Shown here: piece by piece, positions 50,026-62,493 of the stretch
Layout: the number at the start of each line of letters is the position of its first letter
Position numbering within the stretch: the stretch's first letter is position 1
Assembly: GCA_965644265.1 (NCBI GenBank)
Contig: OZ286469.1
Coordinates: 58,776,001-58,840,000 of the forward strand
Direction of reading: 5' to 3'
DNA: 64,000 nt
Origin: Glycera tridactyla
Taxonomy: Eukaryota
Made by a program: the position numbers and the translations under genes
The notes under the pieces: model-generated
Seen by the model: the letters and a program-made list of their open reading frames with translations, nothing else
The model's database searches: none
What the model was told of the DNA's origin: nothing

Positions 50026-51030
50026 CGTTTCGCTTCCCGTGAACTCTGTCTGGGTATATTTAGGCGCACATGCGATGGGCAAGTTGAATCGAATGGAAGA
50101 CCTGTTCAATCTCTCAAGTTGTCAACTTCAGCTTGACAATCAATCCAACCAGCGCCACGTAGTGGCCTCTTGGCGCGCAGAGATGGCGATTCTCCTAGGT
50201 GTCGCTAATGCATAGGCCGATAGCGCGCTCTAGACCGGAACAATTTGGTCCGTGACGGTCTGTAGTCAGTGCGGCTTCTGTTCCAAAGTTAGGAGGTCCA
50301 ATATTGGTCGCAAGTACCGGAGGGTTCGTAGATCATGCATAAAATGTTTTATTCAATGCTGGATCTATATTATATACTAGGTACCAGTGCGTTGATGTTA
50401 CTACATTGTTCCACGCCATGCTTTCCCCGGCATGCTTTGATACCCAATGCAGGTTCGTGTGTGTGTGTCCTCTCAAGCTCCTTGAGACATATCGGACTGA
50501 AGAACTGAAAAGCTGAAGAGAAGAGACAACACTGCCGAGGACACCCCCCCCCCCCCCCTCTCCCTGACATGATGATAATGAACCTGAAAATGGCATATCT
50601 AACTATGTAACTGGCAGGAAGCTGATACTCCATCCCGATACAATGTTTTCTTTTTTTTTTCTTTTTTCTTTTTCAGCAAAGCACAGTATTGAAACAAAGA
50701 AAAGCATTAGGTTATGGGAATACTCAGCCAATATGTTCAATTACGAGCAGTCGACTTCAAACCAGCTTTACAATTATAGTTGCCCTATGCCATCACCCAG
50801 CCCAGTGGACCTAGTCACACCCCTAGTAACCCAGAACTGGTGTGCCTGGTGCCCGCTTTTTAAATAGTGGTAGTATCAGCTACAGGCAAACCATCAGCCA
50901 CCTCCACCTGAGACCATTTCACTAATGAGATAAGAAAGAGCATAGAGAGATAGGAAAGAGGGAAAGGAAATAATACCTGGCGATAGTGTAATCCTGGTAG
51001 GAAATGCCTAAAGACAGATGATAGAGAATG
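48460..51030 (-). mobile_element. Three further family B pieces (48460-48590, 49410-49710, 50565-51030)
   Basis: Same diagnostic motifs, all minus strand; unrelated sequence lies between them. Confidence 0.7.
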
Positions 51031-53649
51031 CTATAAATGTGGCAACACTGTCCCGCGCCCATCACCATGCACATGGCTCGCATGTCGCCACCAGGTGGTT
51101 GGTTGGTTGGTTGGTCGGTTGGTTGGTTGGTTGATTGGCTGGTTGTTTGCTTCACTGATTTACGTTTCGTGAATACTAGCTGGGCTGTATTTTAACTACC
51201 ATGAAATGGACATAGGTGGGATCATTCAAGCCCGCTTCGGAGTCCCCAACGGAAGGTGAAATGTTCGTAGTAGCTTATTGAATGGATTGAATACTTCCAT
51301 ATCATTAAAATTCAGATAAAATGCAACCCGTTCATATAGACACCAGGTAGCATTTGAGAGACAATCAAAATAAATTATATCAACAGTAATTCCCAATGAA
51401 GATGAAAGAGAAGGGAAACCGTCATTTGAGAAGGATTGATAACGTCGAGTTCGAAATTGAAATTCAAGAAGTAACTGGCCTTCTCATACAAAATGTAGGG
51501 ACAATACACTGGCCAAGTAATAAATCAAAATAGGCCTATGAAATTGCACTCAGAAGATAAGATTCGTTCACTAGCATCACTAGTCTCATACATTAAATTA
51601 AGTATATAAATCAATAATATCCGGCGGTTAGCTTTTACCCTATAATCAACACCGAAAATCCAAATAGTTTGTCTTCCGTCAGAAATCATTGATATTCACA
51701 AATGACATATTTACATCATACAAAACATTCACAAAACGTAACAAAAATGCNNNNNNNNNNNNNNNNNNNNNNNNNNNNNNNNNNNNNNNNNNNNNNNNNN
51801 NNNNNNNNNNNNNNNNNNNNNNNNNNNNNNNNNNNNNNNNNNNNNNNNNNNNNNNNNNNNNNNNNNNNNNNNNNNNNNNNNNNNNNNNNNNNNNNNNNNN
51901 NNNNNNNNNNNNNNNNNNNNNNNNNNNNNNNNNNNNNNNNNNNNNNNNNNNNNNNNNNNNNNNNNNNNNNNNNNNNNNNNNNNNNNNNNNNNNNNNNNNN
52001 NNNNNNNNNNNNNNNNNNNNNNNNNNNNNNNNNNNNNNNNNNNNNNNNNNNNNNNNNNNNNNNNNNNNNNNNNNNNNNNNNNNNNNNNNNNNNNNNNNNN
52101 NNNNNNNNNNNNNNNNNNNNNNNNNNNNNNNNNNNNNNNNNNNNNNNNNNNNNNNNNNNNNNNNNNNNNNNNNNNNNNNNNNNNNNNNNNNNNNNNNNNN
52201 NNNNNNNNNNNNNNNNNNNNNNNNNNNNNNNNNNNNNNNNNNNNNNNNNNNNNNNNNNNNNNNNATCTTTAAGGTCAGTGGTGGTTTGAAAGGGGATCCC
52301 TCTCCCAAGAATGACATTTAGCATTGTCTTTGTGGGTGAAGGGCAACAGTATTCAGTTCCCGACTCTCCACCAGGGTATTTCACTGTATTGACACAAGGT
52401 GGCACTCGCAGTGAGGTGACTTCCACTCCTATCTCTATTACTACCACAGGGATTTTCTTGCTTGGGGATATGTATGGGTCTTTTGGGCACATTGATGCAG
52501 ATTTCATGTGCCATTTCGGATTTGTGTGTGCTTCAAACCATGTAATCATATCAAACTATGGAAAATTCCATGTGCCCTCTGGGCACAAGATATATGGTTT
52601 AATGTGCCCTTTCAGAACTTTGTGCCATTTGCCACAGGGCACAGCGTAAAATTATCCGGGCTACCATAGGACTGAATGCTGAATATAACTCATGTTGCTC
52701 CTCTGCAAACACTGTGATATGCTCAATTTGATAAGTTGTTATTATCATCATCATGTGTCTAATTGTCTGATGAAGCACATTTTTTCCATTCATTCAAACC
52801 ATTCAGCGTCCCACCCGGACATTTACCTACCCAACAAACCCACCCACCCACCCACCCACCCACCCGCCGATTCACCAAAGTGCAAACCTATCCACCCCCT
52901 ACTCGCTAACTCACCAATTCAATTCCTACAAAAAAGAACCACCTTTGCGTTGCTGATCTTTGGTTACTGAGGCCCACATGAGAGGTTTTGCATATAATAC
53001 TGATGGTGGATGGTACATCAAATATCCAGTGAGAAAATAGTAATATAATACAGCTTTACTGACTACAGGAACAGCTTCACTAGCCACAAAAACAATGAAC
53101 GCAACACCGGAATCAACTGAATTCCCTGAAACATCAAAATGGCTAAGATGTGGCTTTGTCATGGCTCATAAAATCAGTGTTATTTTCCTTCCACCCCTCT
53201 ACACGGGGTATCAACTGGATCAAACAGTCAACATAGCCCACTCTGGGACAAAAATGACACAATAGTCATGGTACACAACAGCTGATTGATTGGTTGATTG
53301 ACTGATTGATTAAGTGAGTGAGTGGGTCAGTGAGGGATACGGTCTCTCCACACCCACGTAGGAATATGTTGTCTCCCACCATGTGAAATCCCCATCCCAC
53401 TCCATTTGCCCTCTACACCGTCTGTCATCTTATTCTTTTGATTCTTGGCAAAAATGAGACTCCTCCCTCGTGAGATATTGCTCGTCATGTCGCTTGGTCT
53501 TCGGTCCACGAAGGTCTACGTAAAAAAGCTTGGGTCCCCTAAGGAACCTCCTACGTAAAAAAAGTCTGGTGTTGACTCAAATACGATAAAAGTAAATTAC
53601 AAACGGGGGACTAGACAATCTGGGCAAATTTCTTTCAGATTCGACACCG

Positions 53650-54753
53650 TTATGTGTTGAAAGGCAAATTGAGCGAGCGACTGAGATCACGTAATTCGTG
53701 CTCGTCATTGACGAAGACGTAGCCCAGTTTACGCATTACGTCACCGCAGGCGTTCTGGACGACCCTCACCACCGGCATCGTCATCTGCGTCCGCCAATTC
53801 ATGCTCGTCGCCGTCGCGTTACGTCGATACGTCAGTAGTTTATGCTCCTTCTTATTGGTGGCGCTGTGACCTCTCCCGCTGATACCGTCCTCTGTCTCAT
53901 CAATCCAGTCCAGCAACTGCTCATCGGGTTCGATATCGATAAATTCATACAGGTTCTCCATCATGTCGCGCGGGCGGGCGGCGAGGTCTTCATAACGGGC
54001 AATATAATAGTTGTCCGTGAATGACGTCACGTTTTGCTCAAACATCTTGGTGACGTAACGTATATCCTGAGCAATATTGGTGCAGTAGATTCGGGCATCG
54101 TTGTACATGAACATAAGCATGTCTTCGTTGACTTTGTTGTAATTAATTTTGCCCATGGTGGCGCGAGAATTGAGGATCCCACGCGGATCGCGGATTAATT
54201 GAACTACTTTATATCCCTCCACCATTAGTGGATGCACTTGTTCGACTTCGTTGATTCGGATTGATTTGATCACGCGTGTGTTGTACGACTGGCAGTCCCC
54301 CGCGATGGCCTTTAAAGGACGCTGTGAACATTTCATGTCCTCTGCATATTTCCAGCAGAATAATCTTTGTCGCCAACTATGCAGTAAGTTACGACCCTTG
54401 CCATCGCGAAATTTGGGATTAGCTTCGGCGATGCCCCAAGTCCTTTGGAATTTGCAGTCAAAGAGATCACGAAAGAGGTCCAGTAACCTGGCAGCAACGT
54501 CACTGAAAGGCACTAAAAAGAAAGGCTCGTACATGTAATAAATGTCATTGTTTTTGAGGAAGAAGTCACTAGTAAATGTAGAGCCAGTGCGGAAAGCGCC
54601 ATGGATAATGATTTTGGTGACGTCGTCTGTTTTCGCCCTCTGGTGTTTCTTCTCGGAAGCGAGTTTTAGAACATTGTCCGCTGCCATCTCTGTTGACGCA
54701 CGGTAGCGCACGTTGATTTCAGGGTCAACTTCCACACCTTCCAAACATGGCGT
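53650..54753 (-). CDS. Carbohydrate sulfotransferase (CHST1/3/4/5-like, Gal/GlcNAc 6-O family), catalytic exon, 367 aa
   Basis: 5'-PSB IIIHGAFRTGSTF; YYMYEPF; VIKSIR; 3'-PB QLIRDPRGILNSR; RYEDLAARP; W-x4-T and C-terminal CGDVMRKLGY. Acceptor TTCTTGTTTTGCAG immediately upstream, phase 0. Confidence 0.93.
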   Translation of the reverse strand, partial: TPCLEGVEVDPEINVRYRASTEMAADNVLKLASEKKHQRAKTDDVTKIIIHGAFRTGSTFTSDFFLKNNDIYYMYEPFFLVPFSDVAARLLDLFRDLFDCKFQRTWGIAEANPKFRDGKGRNLLHSWRQRLFCWKYAEDMKCSQRPLKAIAGDCQSYNTRVIKSIRINEVEQVHPLMVEGYKVVQLIRDPRGILNSRATMGKINYNKVNEDMLMFMYNDARIYCTNIAQDIRYVTKMFEQNVTSFTDNYYIARYEDLAARPRDMMENLYEFIDIEPDEQLLDWIDETEDGISGRGHSATNKKEHKLLTYRRNATATSMNWRTQMTMPVVRVVQNACGDVMRKLGYVFVNDEHELRDLSRSLNLPFNT

Positions 54754-55136
54754 CTGCAAAACAAGAAATAGGTTCATTGTTCAGTATGTCATAGGCTACC
54801 GCAAGACATCACCACCTCGGTGTCATTCTGCGTACATGGGCTCATAATGGCTAGTCGATACACTGGATCGGGCATCACAACCAGACACATTTCACATTTA
54901 CTGACTGTAGTGTATGGGGAAACTTACTGGTCAAATGATTGAGCCATCGAAAAATCGTACTTTAGTTTGCTGGTTCGTGGGTTGGTCGTTTTATGTCCAA
55001 TGGACACCATCTGGGATTCATTGAGACGCTCCTGCAATGGGCTTTGGTGAGGTCACTCAAAATTCATCATTCTGGGTCCATTCCATTGTCGGCTTCATTG
55101 ACTAGAAAATCGTCCTCAATTAGAATATCTCATGTA

Positions 55137-55296
55137 CAGTCAAACCTGTCTTAAGCAGCCACCCTCCGGGAAGGCAAAAAGTGGCTGCTGAGAGCAGGTG
55201 AGTTCTAGTGGAAAACTCCCCAATGGGAAATTCAAAAGTGGCTGCTTAGGGCAGGTGGCTGCTTAGTACAGTGGCTGCCTAGGGAAGGTTAGACTG
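55137..55296. mobile_element. Tc1/pogo-type MITE, 160 bp, intronic
   Basis: TA|CAGTCAAACCTGTCTTAAGCAGCCAC ... GGAAGGTTAGACTG|TA; internal GTGGCTGCT repeats. Confidence 0.8.
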
Positions 55297-55654
55297 TATT
55301 CAAATTCTCAAGTGCCAATAATGTGAATAGGATTTGGAGTTACTATCCACCTGATGATGAGGGATTCCACTAGATGCGGCCGCACAGCATGAATCCAGCC
55401 GTGCAAACGTGCAGTGACAGCGAAATGACATCCTTGATTCACCAATTATCACCAATTACACCAAGTGACGAGGAACAGTGAGAACCGGTGGTGAATCTCT
55501 TAAAGGCTGATCGAAGGCAGTGTGGCAACTGTGGACATGCTGAAGCCCATTATGCTATTGAGATCAGAATGTGATCATAGATCACGGAGCTATGATGAGA
55601 AGTATGATATAAAAGGTCACAATGGACAGAACTGTGTCTCGGAAGTCATCCAAA

Positions 55655-55830
55655 AGAAGTCGGTTGGTTCTGGTTTAACGCCACGTCAGAGCCATATGTG
55701 TGTCATGTGAAGCCAATGCAATGGGCATGGGTGTGATCATTCAACAGTCCCCCCTCCCGTATCCCAACCGAAGGTGGAAAATCGATTATGAAACTCACAG
55801 ACACTCAAGGTGCCATCCCTATTATATCAT
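55655..55830 (-). mobile_element. Family D copy, intronic
   Basis: GGTTTAACGCCACGTCAG...CATGCAATGGGCATGGG...CAGACACTCAAGGTG. Confidence 0.7.
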
Positions 55831-56902
55831 GTCAAGGGTTTTTAACATGGGGTAGCCATCAAAAGGGTTCGAGTCACACCCAAATGTAATGCGATTATGG
55901 GATGATGCCGACCATGTGCAGCGCCTCCTATTTTGTGCAGGACCCTTGACCTGGTAGGATGGCTGAATATCACTCCCGAAATCATATAATCGGACATACC
56001 CCACCATATGCTTAATACCATCAGGGTATTTGCCTCTTGGAAACCTGACCTATCCCTCTCCGTTCCATCTGTACTGTAGCATGGATTTTGAAGATGTCAG
56101 CATTTGGGAATTCTGAATGTTAAGATAGAATAACAGACATGTCTACATAGGTTCATTGGCTCCGTATGATTCATCAATGGACAGAAATACAATTGTGAAT
56201 TAGATATATCCACCCTAAATATAACCAATTCCTCCGTCATAGTGATACTGCTGCAAATATGTTAGCCTGCATTCCTGGAAGAGTGTCATATCTAAGAAGT
56301 GTCAAACTATCGCGGGATTTTCGATGAGTTGTGAGCCCCGTCTTTTCGCCACCCATATCTCTGGATGTCCTGATGTCCTGTTCGGCCATCTATATAGCAA
56401 CCATAGTCTCAGCATTATCTGTACATGTTTGAATATTCAATCATTGCTCACTGGAATCTAGAGTGTCATGAAAAAAAAACCATCAGATTTTGTTCCCTTG
56501 AAAGTCTAGTGATCAGTACTGTATAAAATACACTTTCTAAGAAAATCATGGGGTTGATTTTTTATAGTTCCAGGCAATCTGGTGATTCCCTTGGGCTGTA
56601 ATACTGTAATTGTCCATGCAATGATGTGGTGCCTCCAACCTTTTCCACAAGCAATTCTATGTCCGCCACACTTTCGCGAATTTCCTTGGACTATGGTTCC
56701 TCCACGGGTAGCTACTTCGCTTGTTAATGGACTGAATAACAGGCTAACTGGCTGACTGACTAACTGGCTGACTGACTGCCGGTTGACTCATAACTGTGCT
56801 TCTAGTTTGGAACCGGCAATCAGACTCGCGCGCTATGTGCTATATTGTGACGCCCATGCAATGGGCAAGTTGTTATGGTCAGCGTTTGATGCAGTTACCT
56901 AC

Positions 56903-57007
56903 CTCAAACAGTCGCTGTAAAACGGTGTAAACAATGATGGTAGTAATCACAGCCAGAAGAGTACCGCCATTTTTCGACCCGCCCGTCCTGCTTGCGAAGG
57001 GCCACAT
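56903..57007 (-). CDS. Sulfotransferase first coding exon (type II membrane signal anchor), 35 aa
   Basis: TCTCCCTTTCTAG|GTGCA ATG ... MWPFASRTGGSKNGGTLLAVITTIIVYTVLQRLFE|GTAGGT: good acceptor, phase-0 donor, hydrophobic stretch; splices in frame to 54753. Confidence 0.85.
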
Positions 57008-58149
57008 TGCACCTAGAAAGGGAGAGAATAAAATGAATGTTGTGAGAAAATTGTGAGTCACTAGGGGCACGGGAGCGATAGGATAAAAGATTATGATCAT
57101 AATACAGCTCCCAGGAGAGAATGAAAGGGAGAAGGGATAAGTGGGGGAAATGAAGACAGCATGGGTGGGATTATTCAAGACTTCCCCTCCTTCAATGTCT
57201 CCAGCGAGAGATGATAATATGAAATTCATAAACTCTCAAANNNNNNNNNNNNNNNNNNNNNNNNNNNNNNNNNNNNNNNNNNNNNNNNNNNNNNNNNNNN
57301 NNNNNNNNNNNNNNNNNNNNNNNNNNNNNNNNNNNNNNNNNNNNNNNNNNNNNNNNNNNNNNNNNNNNNNTATGACAATACTGGGCTACTAGCACAAGCT
57401 CGCGGGACAATAATTAACACTGCATTGTATTTGGCACGTAGATATTTGACTCAGTGAGGTTCTGTTCATGAGCACGCAGGGGATCATCAGCATTGACGCT
57501 TTCGCGAGTTGAGATACGTGAGAGCTTGGTTGCTCCTGGCCAGTAGGTTGGTATGTTGGCTCACATCCCGTGTGAGCACCATCTGGGCTATAGTGGGACG
57601 CCCAAGCAAGGGTCATGGGTAGTATCAGGCGAATGAGTTCAAATCATCCTTGCCTCACAAAACACTTGTACATGGGATAAAACAAGCGAAATGTGTGTTC
57701 CATCCAGGGTTTTTCTTTCGAGTTAATCAGGGTTTGGTACATTCTCCGGCAGGAATATTCCCAATGGAAAGTAGATGAATCAAATATGTGTTATGACAAA
57801 TTGAGAATGTTTTCAGCACGATAATCGTGACAATGGCAGTCATATGCGTCACCAAGCTAATGGAATTGATTGATTGATTCGTCCATTCATTAGAGCTTGA
57901 CGATATGTATCAACCCGAACGATTATGTATTCCACTTCAGTGGTCCCCATCCATGGCTGGCATTCAGAGGGGTGCTATAAAGTGCATCTGCCTCAAGTCT
58001 GGTGAGGCCAAGGACAGTCACCATCTTCAGGAGAATCTATTACTGAAAAATCAACCAGGTCTGTTGGAAGACCCCATCCATGGTTGGTATTCAATGGGAA
58101 ATGTAATGAAATGCATTTGTGTCAAGTTTGGTGAGTCTGGGTATTCGGT

Positions 58150-58345
58150 ATAGGGGGTGATTTTTTTGTTTTGTTGGAGGTTTAACGTCACGTCAGCTCC
58201 ATCTGCGCTATATTGTGAGGCCCATGCAATGGGCATGGGTGGTATCATTCAAGATTCCTCCTTCTGTATCCCCAACAGAAGGCAACAATTTATGAAATTC
58301 CCAGACACTCAAGGTGTCATATGTCTGAGACGGTATAGGGGATGA
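58150..58345 (-). mobile_element. Family D copy
   Basis: Reverse complement of 32820-32975. Confidence 0.7.
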
Positions 58346-59499
58346 AAATACCTATGAAGAATCAACAGCATATTTGGGTTATGAGAAATGGCCCCCTGGT
58401 GGCAAGGCGTCATTTCATAAAATCCAATGTCTAGCCCGAAATCAATCAAGTGATTACACTAGTAAACGTACTAATGCATATACATGACAAGTTCCAAAGA
58501 GCTAGACTCCCTAGTTGCTGAGCAAGTGGGCTTTAACATGGCATCAGCATGATTTCGACGTGTGATCCAAACACAGCTGTTGACACGGACGCCGACGCCA
58601 GCACCGGCACCGGGGCGACCGCAATACCTTCTTCAACTGTGTTGAGGCGAAGTAGCCTGCAAACCACATGCAGGTATTCGCTACGACACAACACAACCTT
58701 CATCACGACACCATTCAATCGATATATTACGTACCCAACTTGGCGAAACGTCCTCGTCGCCCAAGAATGCCCATGTGTCGAAATGTAGAATAAACCACCG
58801 TATACAATGGACGATATAGGCTGCAACTATCCGTTCAGCCTGGTCATTGCATGTAGGTAACCCTGGCCAAGAATTATAGAGTGATCGAAGTGACGTGGAC
58901 AGAAGGCCGGAGGTCCTGATCGGTCTCATGCTCAGTGAAGCGTGCGCTTCGACCAATGCTGTGCTAAATCCGTCCAAGCAGAACCGATAACCTTTCCATT
59001 TGACGCCATTGTAAATGCTCGTATATTAGAGCCTACTCCCAGGAGAAGGATTGAGCAGGGGTCACCACCTGCTGTTGAGACATTATACACTTATAGTCTT
59101 GTCAATCTTGTGTTCGTCCGTCTGGGTGGTTGTTTGTTGCGTGTTCCTTACCAACGGGCCATCGACGCAACACCATCAAAACCTGCTGGTTTCTCAGGTG
59201 TTCATGTTTGAGTGCGAAGGAGGGAGTCACTTCTAATCTTAATGATCGTTGGTTGGACTCATTCTTTCCCATGTCGACATCACTAAATGGGCTATATTGG
59301 GGCGCCAATACATTGTAATGATAACTAAAGCACATCAGAATATCGATCCTCTACTGTGCAGCTCTCACACACTTCTTTGATCGAATATATTTTTTAATTT
59401 AGTTCTTTATGTGGGTGAACCCACGATCTCCGAGAAAGGTACCAACCGCCACCAACACCACATTGCTCTGCCTGTCTGTGTGCCCCCCCCCCTCCACGC

Positions 59500-59501
<2 letters not shown>

Positions 59502-59592
<91 letters not shown>
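59502..59592. repeat. (CT)n microsatellite
   Basis: About 45 units. Confidence 0.95.
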
Positions 59593-59594
<2 letters not shown>

Positions 59595-60755
59595 AATTCG
59601 AGAAAAGGAGGCAGTTCTACACAATATTTCCAAGAATGAGTTTATTCAGTATCAAAAATCAAAAATAGCAGTCTCCTTGTTGATTTGTAATAGGGGTGCA
59701 CAGTCGTTACAATGTGAAAATTACCCCCATGTCCCCTCCAGATGCAACCCTGTCCAAAGTCGTCCTCATGACATGAAACGTCAAAGTTCGAACCAACCCA
59801 ATGCATGTGTCCTATGAAGGCACATTCAGTGAGCATGAAGGATGCAGATGCAACAGTTTATGGCTGGTCGGTTGTTTATCATCTGGCGAGCAACAACTTG
59901 GCTATATTGAGATGTCCCTACAATAAGCATGAATGAGGTCATTCAAGACCCCCCCCCTGTCTGTGTCTCAAATGGAAGGTGAAATGATATGAACATCACA
60001 GACACAGTGATGTTGAAGAGAATCCATGGATACTACCCAGGCTATCCATATCCAGTGGACCGGCAGGCGAGGCTGAGTTTTCCTTTCAGATTCTGGGAAT
60101 GAAGATTCACTCTCCCGCAATCCATGAAGGAAAATAAGCTGAAACTATCTTGAAGGCAAGATACTCTTGTAAGTGAATGGCTATCCATGGCACGATGACA
60201 AACCAGTTGTTTTCTTCAGAATCGTACATTTGGTATATGCTCAGCCATCTCATACGGAATAGGGTTTGTTGTCGATGGGAGTCAAAATCATGTTGTTTAT
60301 TTCACAGCAAATCAATCACTTTCTCGTCAACTGATAAATCGGTGGGAGAGTGAGTTTGGTCGTTTCCCCCTCCCGAAATCAAATTCACTCTCCCTGGGAT
60401 TGGGGAGTGGCTAAATTCGAAGACAGAACAGTTCAAAACTTATCTCACATGTGGGAAATTACACGAAGATCACACTGGGGCAGCGCTGATTGATACAGAG
60501 TGACCTCCCGCTCCATCGACATTTACCCACCGAAGCGCGACGACGACGATGACGAACGTCCTGAAATCGCTCAAGCATTGCTGCTATTTCTACCATCATA
60601 ATGTACCTGAAACGGAAGCAATGAAAGTGGTGTATCAGCGGAATCTACCAATAAAATAGCATAAGTGATTATTGAATTTATCGCCTCAATCACTGATTTT
60701 TGGTATGACAAGTTCATCCTTTTTGCCACTTGCATGTGAGTCATCAATTCAAATA

Positions 60756-60933
60756 CAGTCGAACCTCTCTATAAAGACCGCCCTCGGGCGCATCAAAAAG
60801 TGGTCTTTAAAGGGAGGTGGTCTTTATAGAGAGGTCATTTACTAATGAAAATACTCCCACGGTCGCAGCTCAGGGTGGTCCTTATAGGGAGGTGGTCTTT
60901 ATAGAGAGGTGGTATTTAGAGGAGGCTCGACTG
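60756..60933. mobile_element. Tc1/pogo-type MITE, 178 bp, same family as 4145-4321
   Basis: TA|CAGTCGAACCTCTCTATAAAGACC ... GAGGCTCGACTG|TA. Confidence 0.9.
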
Positions 60934-61351
60934 TACTCTCGCTGCTCTCCGTCCAGGATCGAATATTAGATTTCGAGTGCACTCCAATCATCAAAACTCT
61001 CCTGTTATATGGCCAGTTATGAACAATGCCATGAACCCAGGGACAGGTCTATTTGATATTCAACAGCCTACCGGTACCTAGAAATTATCATGTGCAGTCT
61101 GTATAAACGAAGTATTCATCATCTTCCACAAATCCTATGGCGAAATTAAAAATCAACCTTCCTGCCTGATATATCTTTTATCCACGGGGCAGGGGGTACC
61201 TATTTGAAATAGATCCAATAAGGAGTTATCATGCAAGTGATCGGTTCCTTACATATTTTCTGTCATGAAGATATGTTCACTGCCACCTAGTGGTCGACTT
61301 CGCGAACACTCAGTGCTGCCACCTGGTATTTGGAACTTACTCCCAGTCTAA

Positions 61352-61478
61352 TAACTTGGTTTCCTCGTCAGATATCGTGTATCTACTGGTTCAGTTGGAC
61401 TGGGAAAGAGTGCTACCAGTCTAACTGAACCAGATAGCACTCTTTCCCAGACGCGTATCTGACGAGGAAACCAAGTTA
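61352..61478. repeat. 127-bp inverted-repeat element with interleaved internal repeats
   Basis: 23-bp perfect TIR TAACTTGGTTTCCTCGTCAGATA / TATCTGACGAGGAAACCAAGTTA. Confidence 0.8.
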
Positions 61479-61960
61479 CTGAACCAGAGGGCACAAAGTT
61501 ATGTCCACCAGGGGTGCTGCATGAATACAACCGCATTTATTGCAAGATCAGTTGAACACCTCTGTGATGACCACCTCGGTCTTAACGGAAAGTGATCGTC
61601 GCGGTTGATCACAGACATGAAGTTCCAAGTGTGGATTTGATCAATTTTCACCTTCCATTGGAGACCCAGGATCCTACACATGTCCATTGCATGGGCTTCT
61701 AGAAATGTTTTTTCATGCAGTAATCTGCTCAAAGCCATCATTACGGTAGGTTGGATTATTGGCCCTACAGTGGTTAGCCCTGTGAACATTCATTAGCTAC
61801 ATGAGTTTTATTATCAATTTAATAAACTGTAAATCTATGAGCCCCGTTCCCACTTACACGACCTCGGTCACGAATGCAGCCAACTTCATCTGACACAACT
61901 GATGACCTATTTTTCTAGAGTTTGACGACTTTCTCACAATCTCAGACAACCGCCAAAAGA

Positions 61961-62146
61961 CTTTCTGACAACTTGGACACAACCACACACAACTAATCAT
62001 GCATTCAGACACAACCTTCCATGAAAGTCGGCGCCAAATCGCCGAGGTGGCCACTTTCTGACAACTTGGACACAACCACACACAACTAATCATGCATTCA
62101 GACACAACCTTCCATGAAAGTCAGCGCCAAATCGCCGAGGTGGCCA
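61961..62146. repeat. 93-bp tandem duplication in the Harbinger subterminal region
   Basis: 61961-62053 and 62054-62146 differ at one base. Confidence 0.9.
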
Positions 62147-62493
62147 CAACCTCCACACAACCACAAATGACAGACACACAACCTAGAGACAACCTCTCCC
62201 AACCAGCTCACAACTGCACACGACCAGTCGTGATTTGCACCCAACCTCCACGCAACTGCTCACAACCTCTGAACAACTGCTCACAACCTCACACAACGGC
62301 ACACAACTGGGGGCGAGGTTGTGAGTGTATGCACAACCCGAACAATATAAAAGCAAGCTATCTCACAACTATCTCCTCACTTTGGAGTTCACTCTTGAAG
62401 AAAGCACATCAGTCCACGTTGCTGAAGACTGCTTAGAATACTGCTAAAGTTCATCCTCGAAGATTTCTGAAGATCTGTGAAGTAGAGCTGATC

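Noticed and set aside
19172-57420. ORFs containing long X runs
   Set aside because: They merely span N-gaps (19283-19438, 31162-31324, 34621-34748, 36424-36618, 41589-41726, 46495-46625, 51751-52264, 57241-57370).
61459-61471. CTGACGAGGAAAC as a hammerhead core
   Set aside because: No room for stem II between CUGANGA and GAAA.
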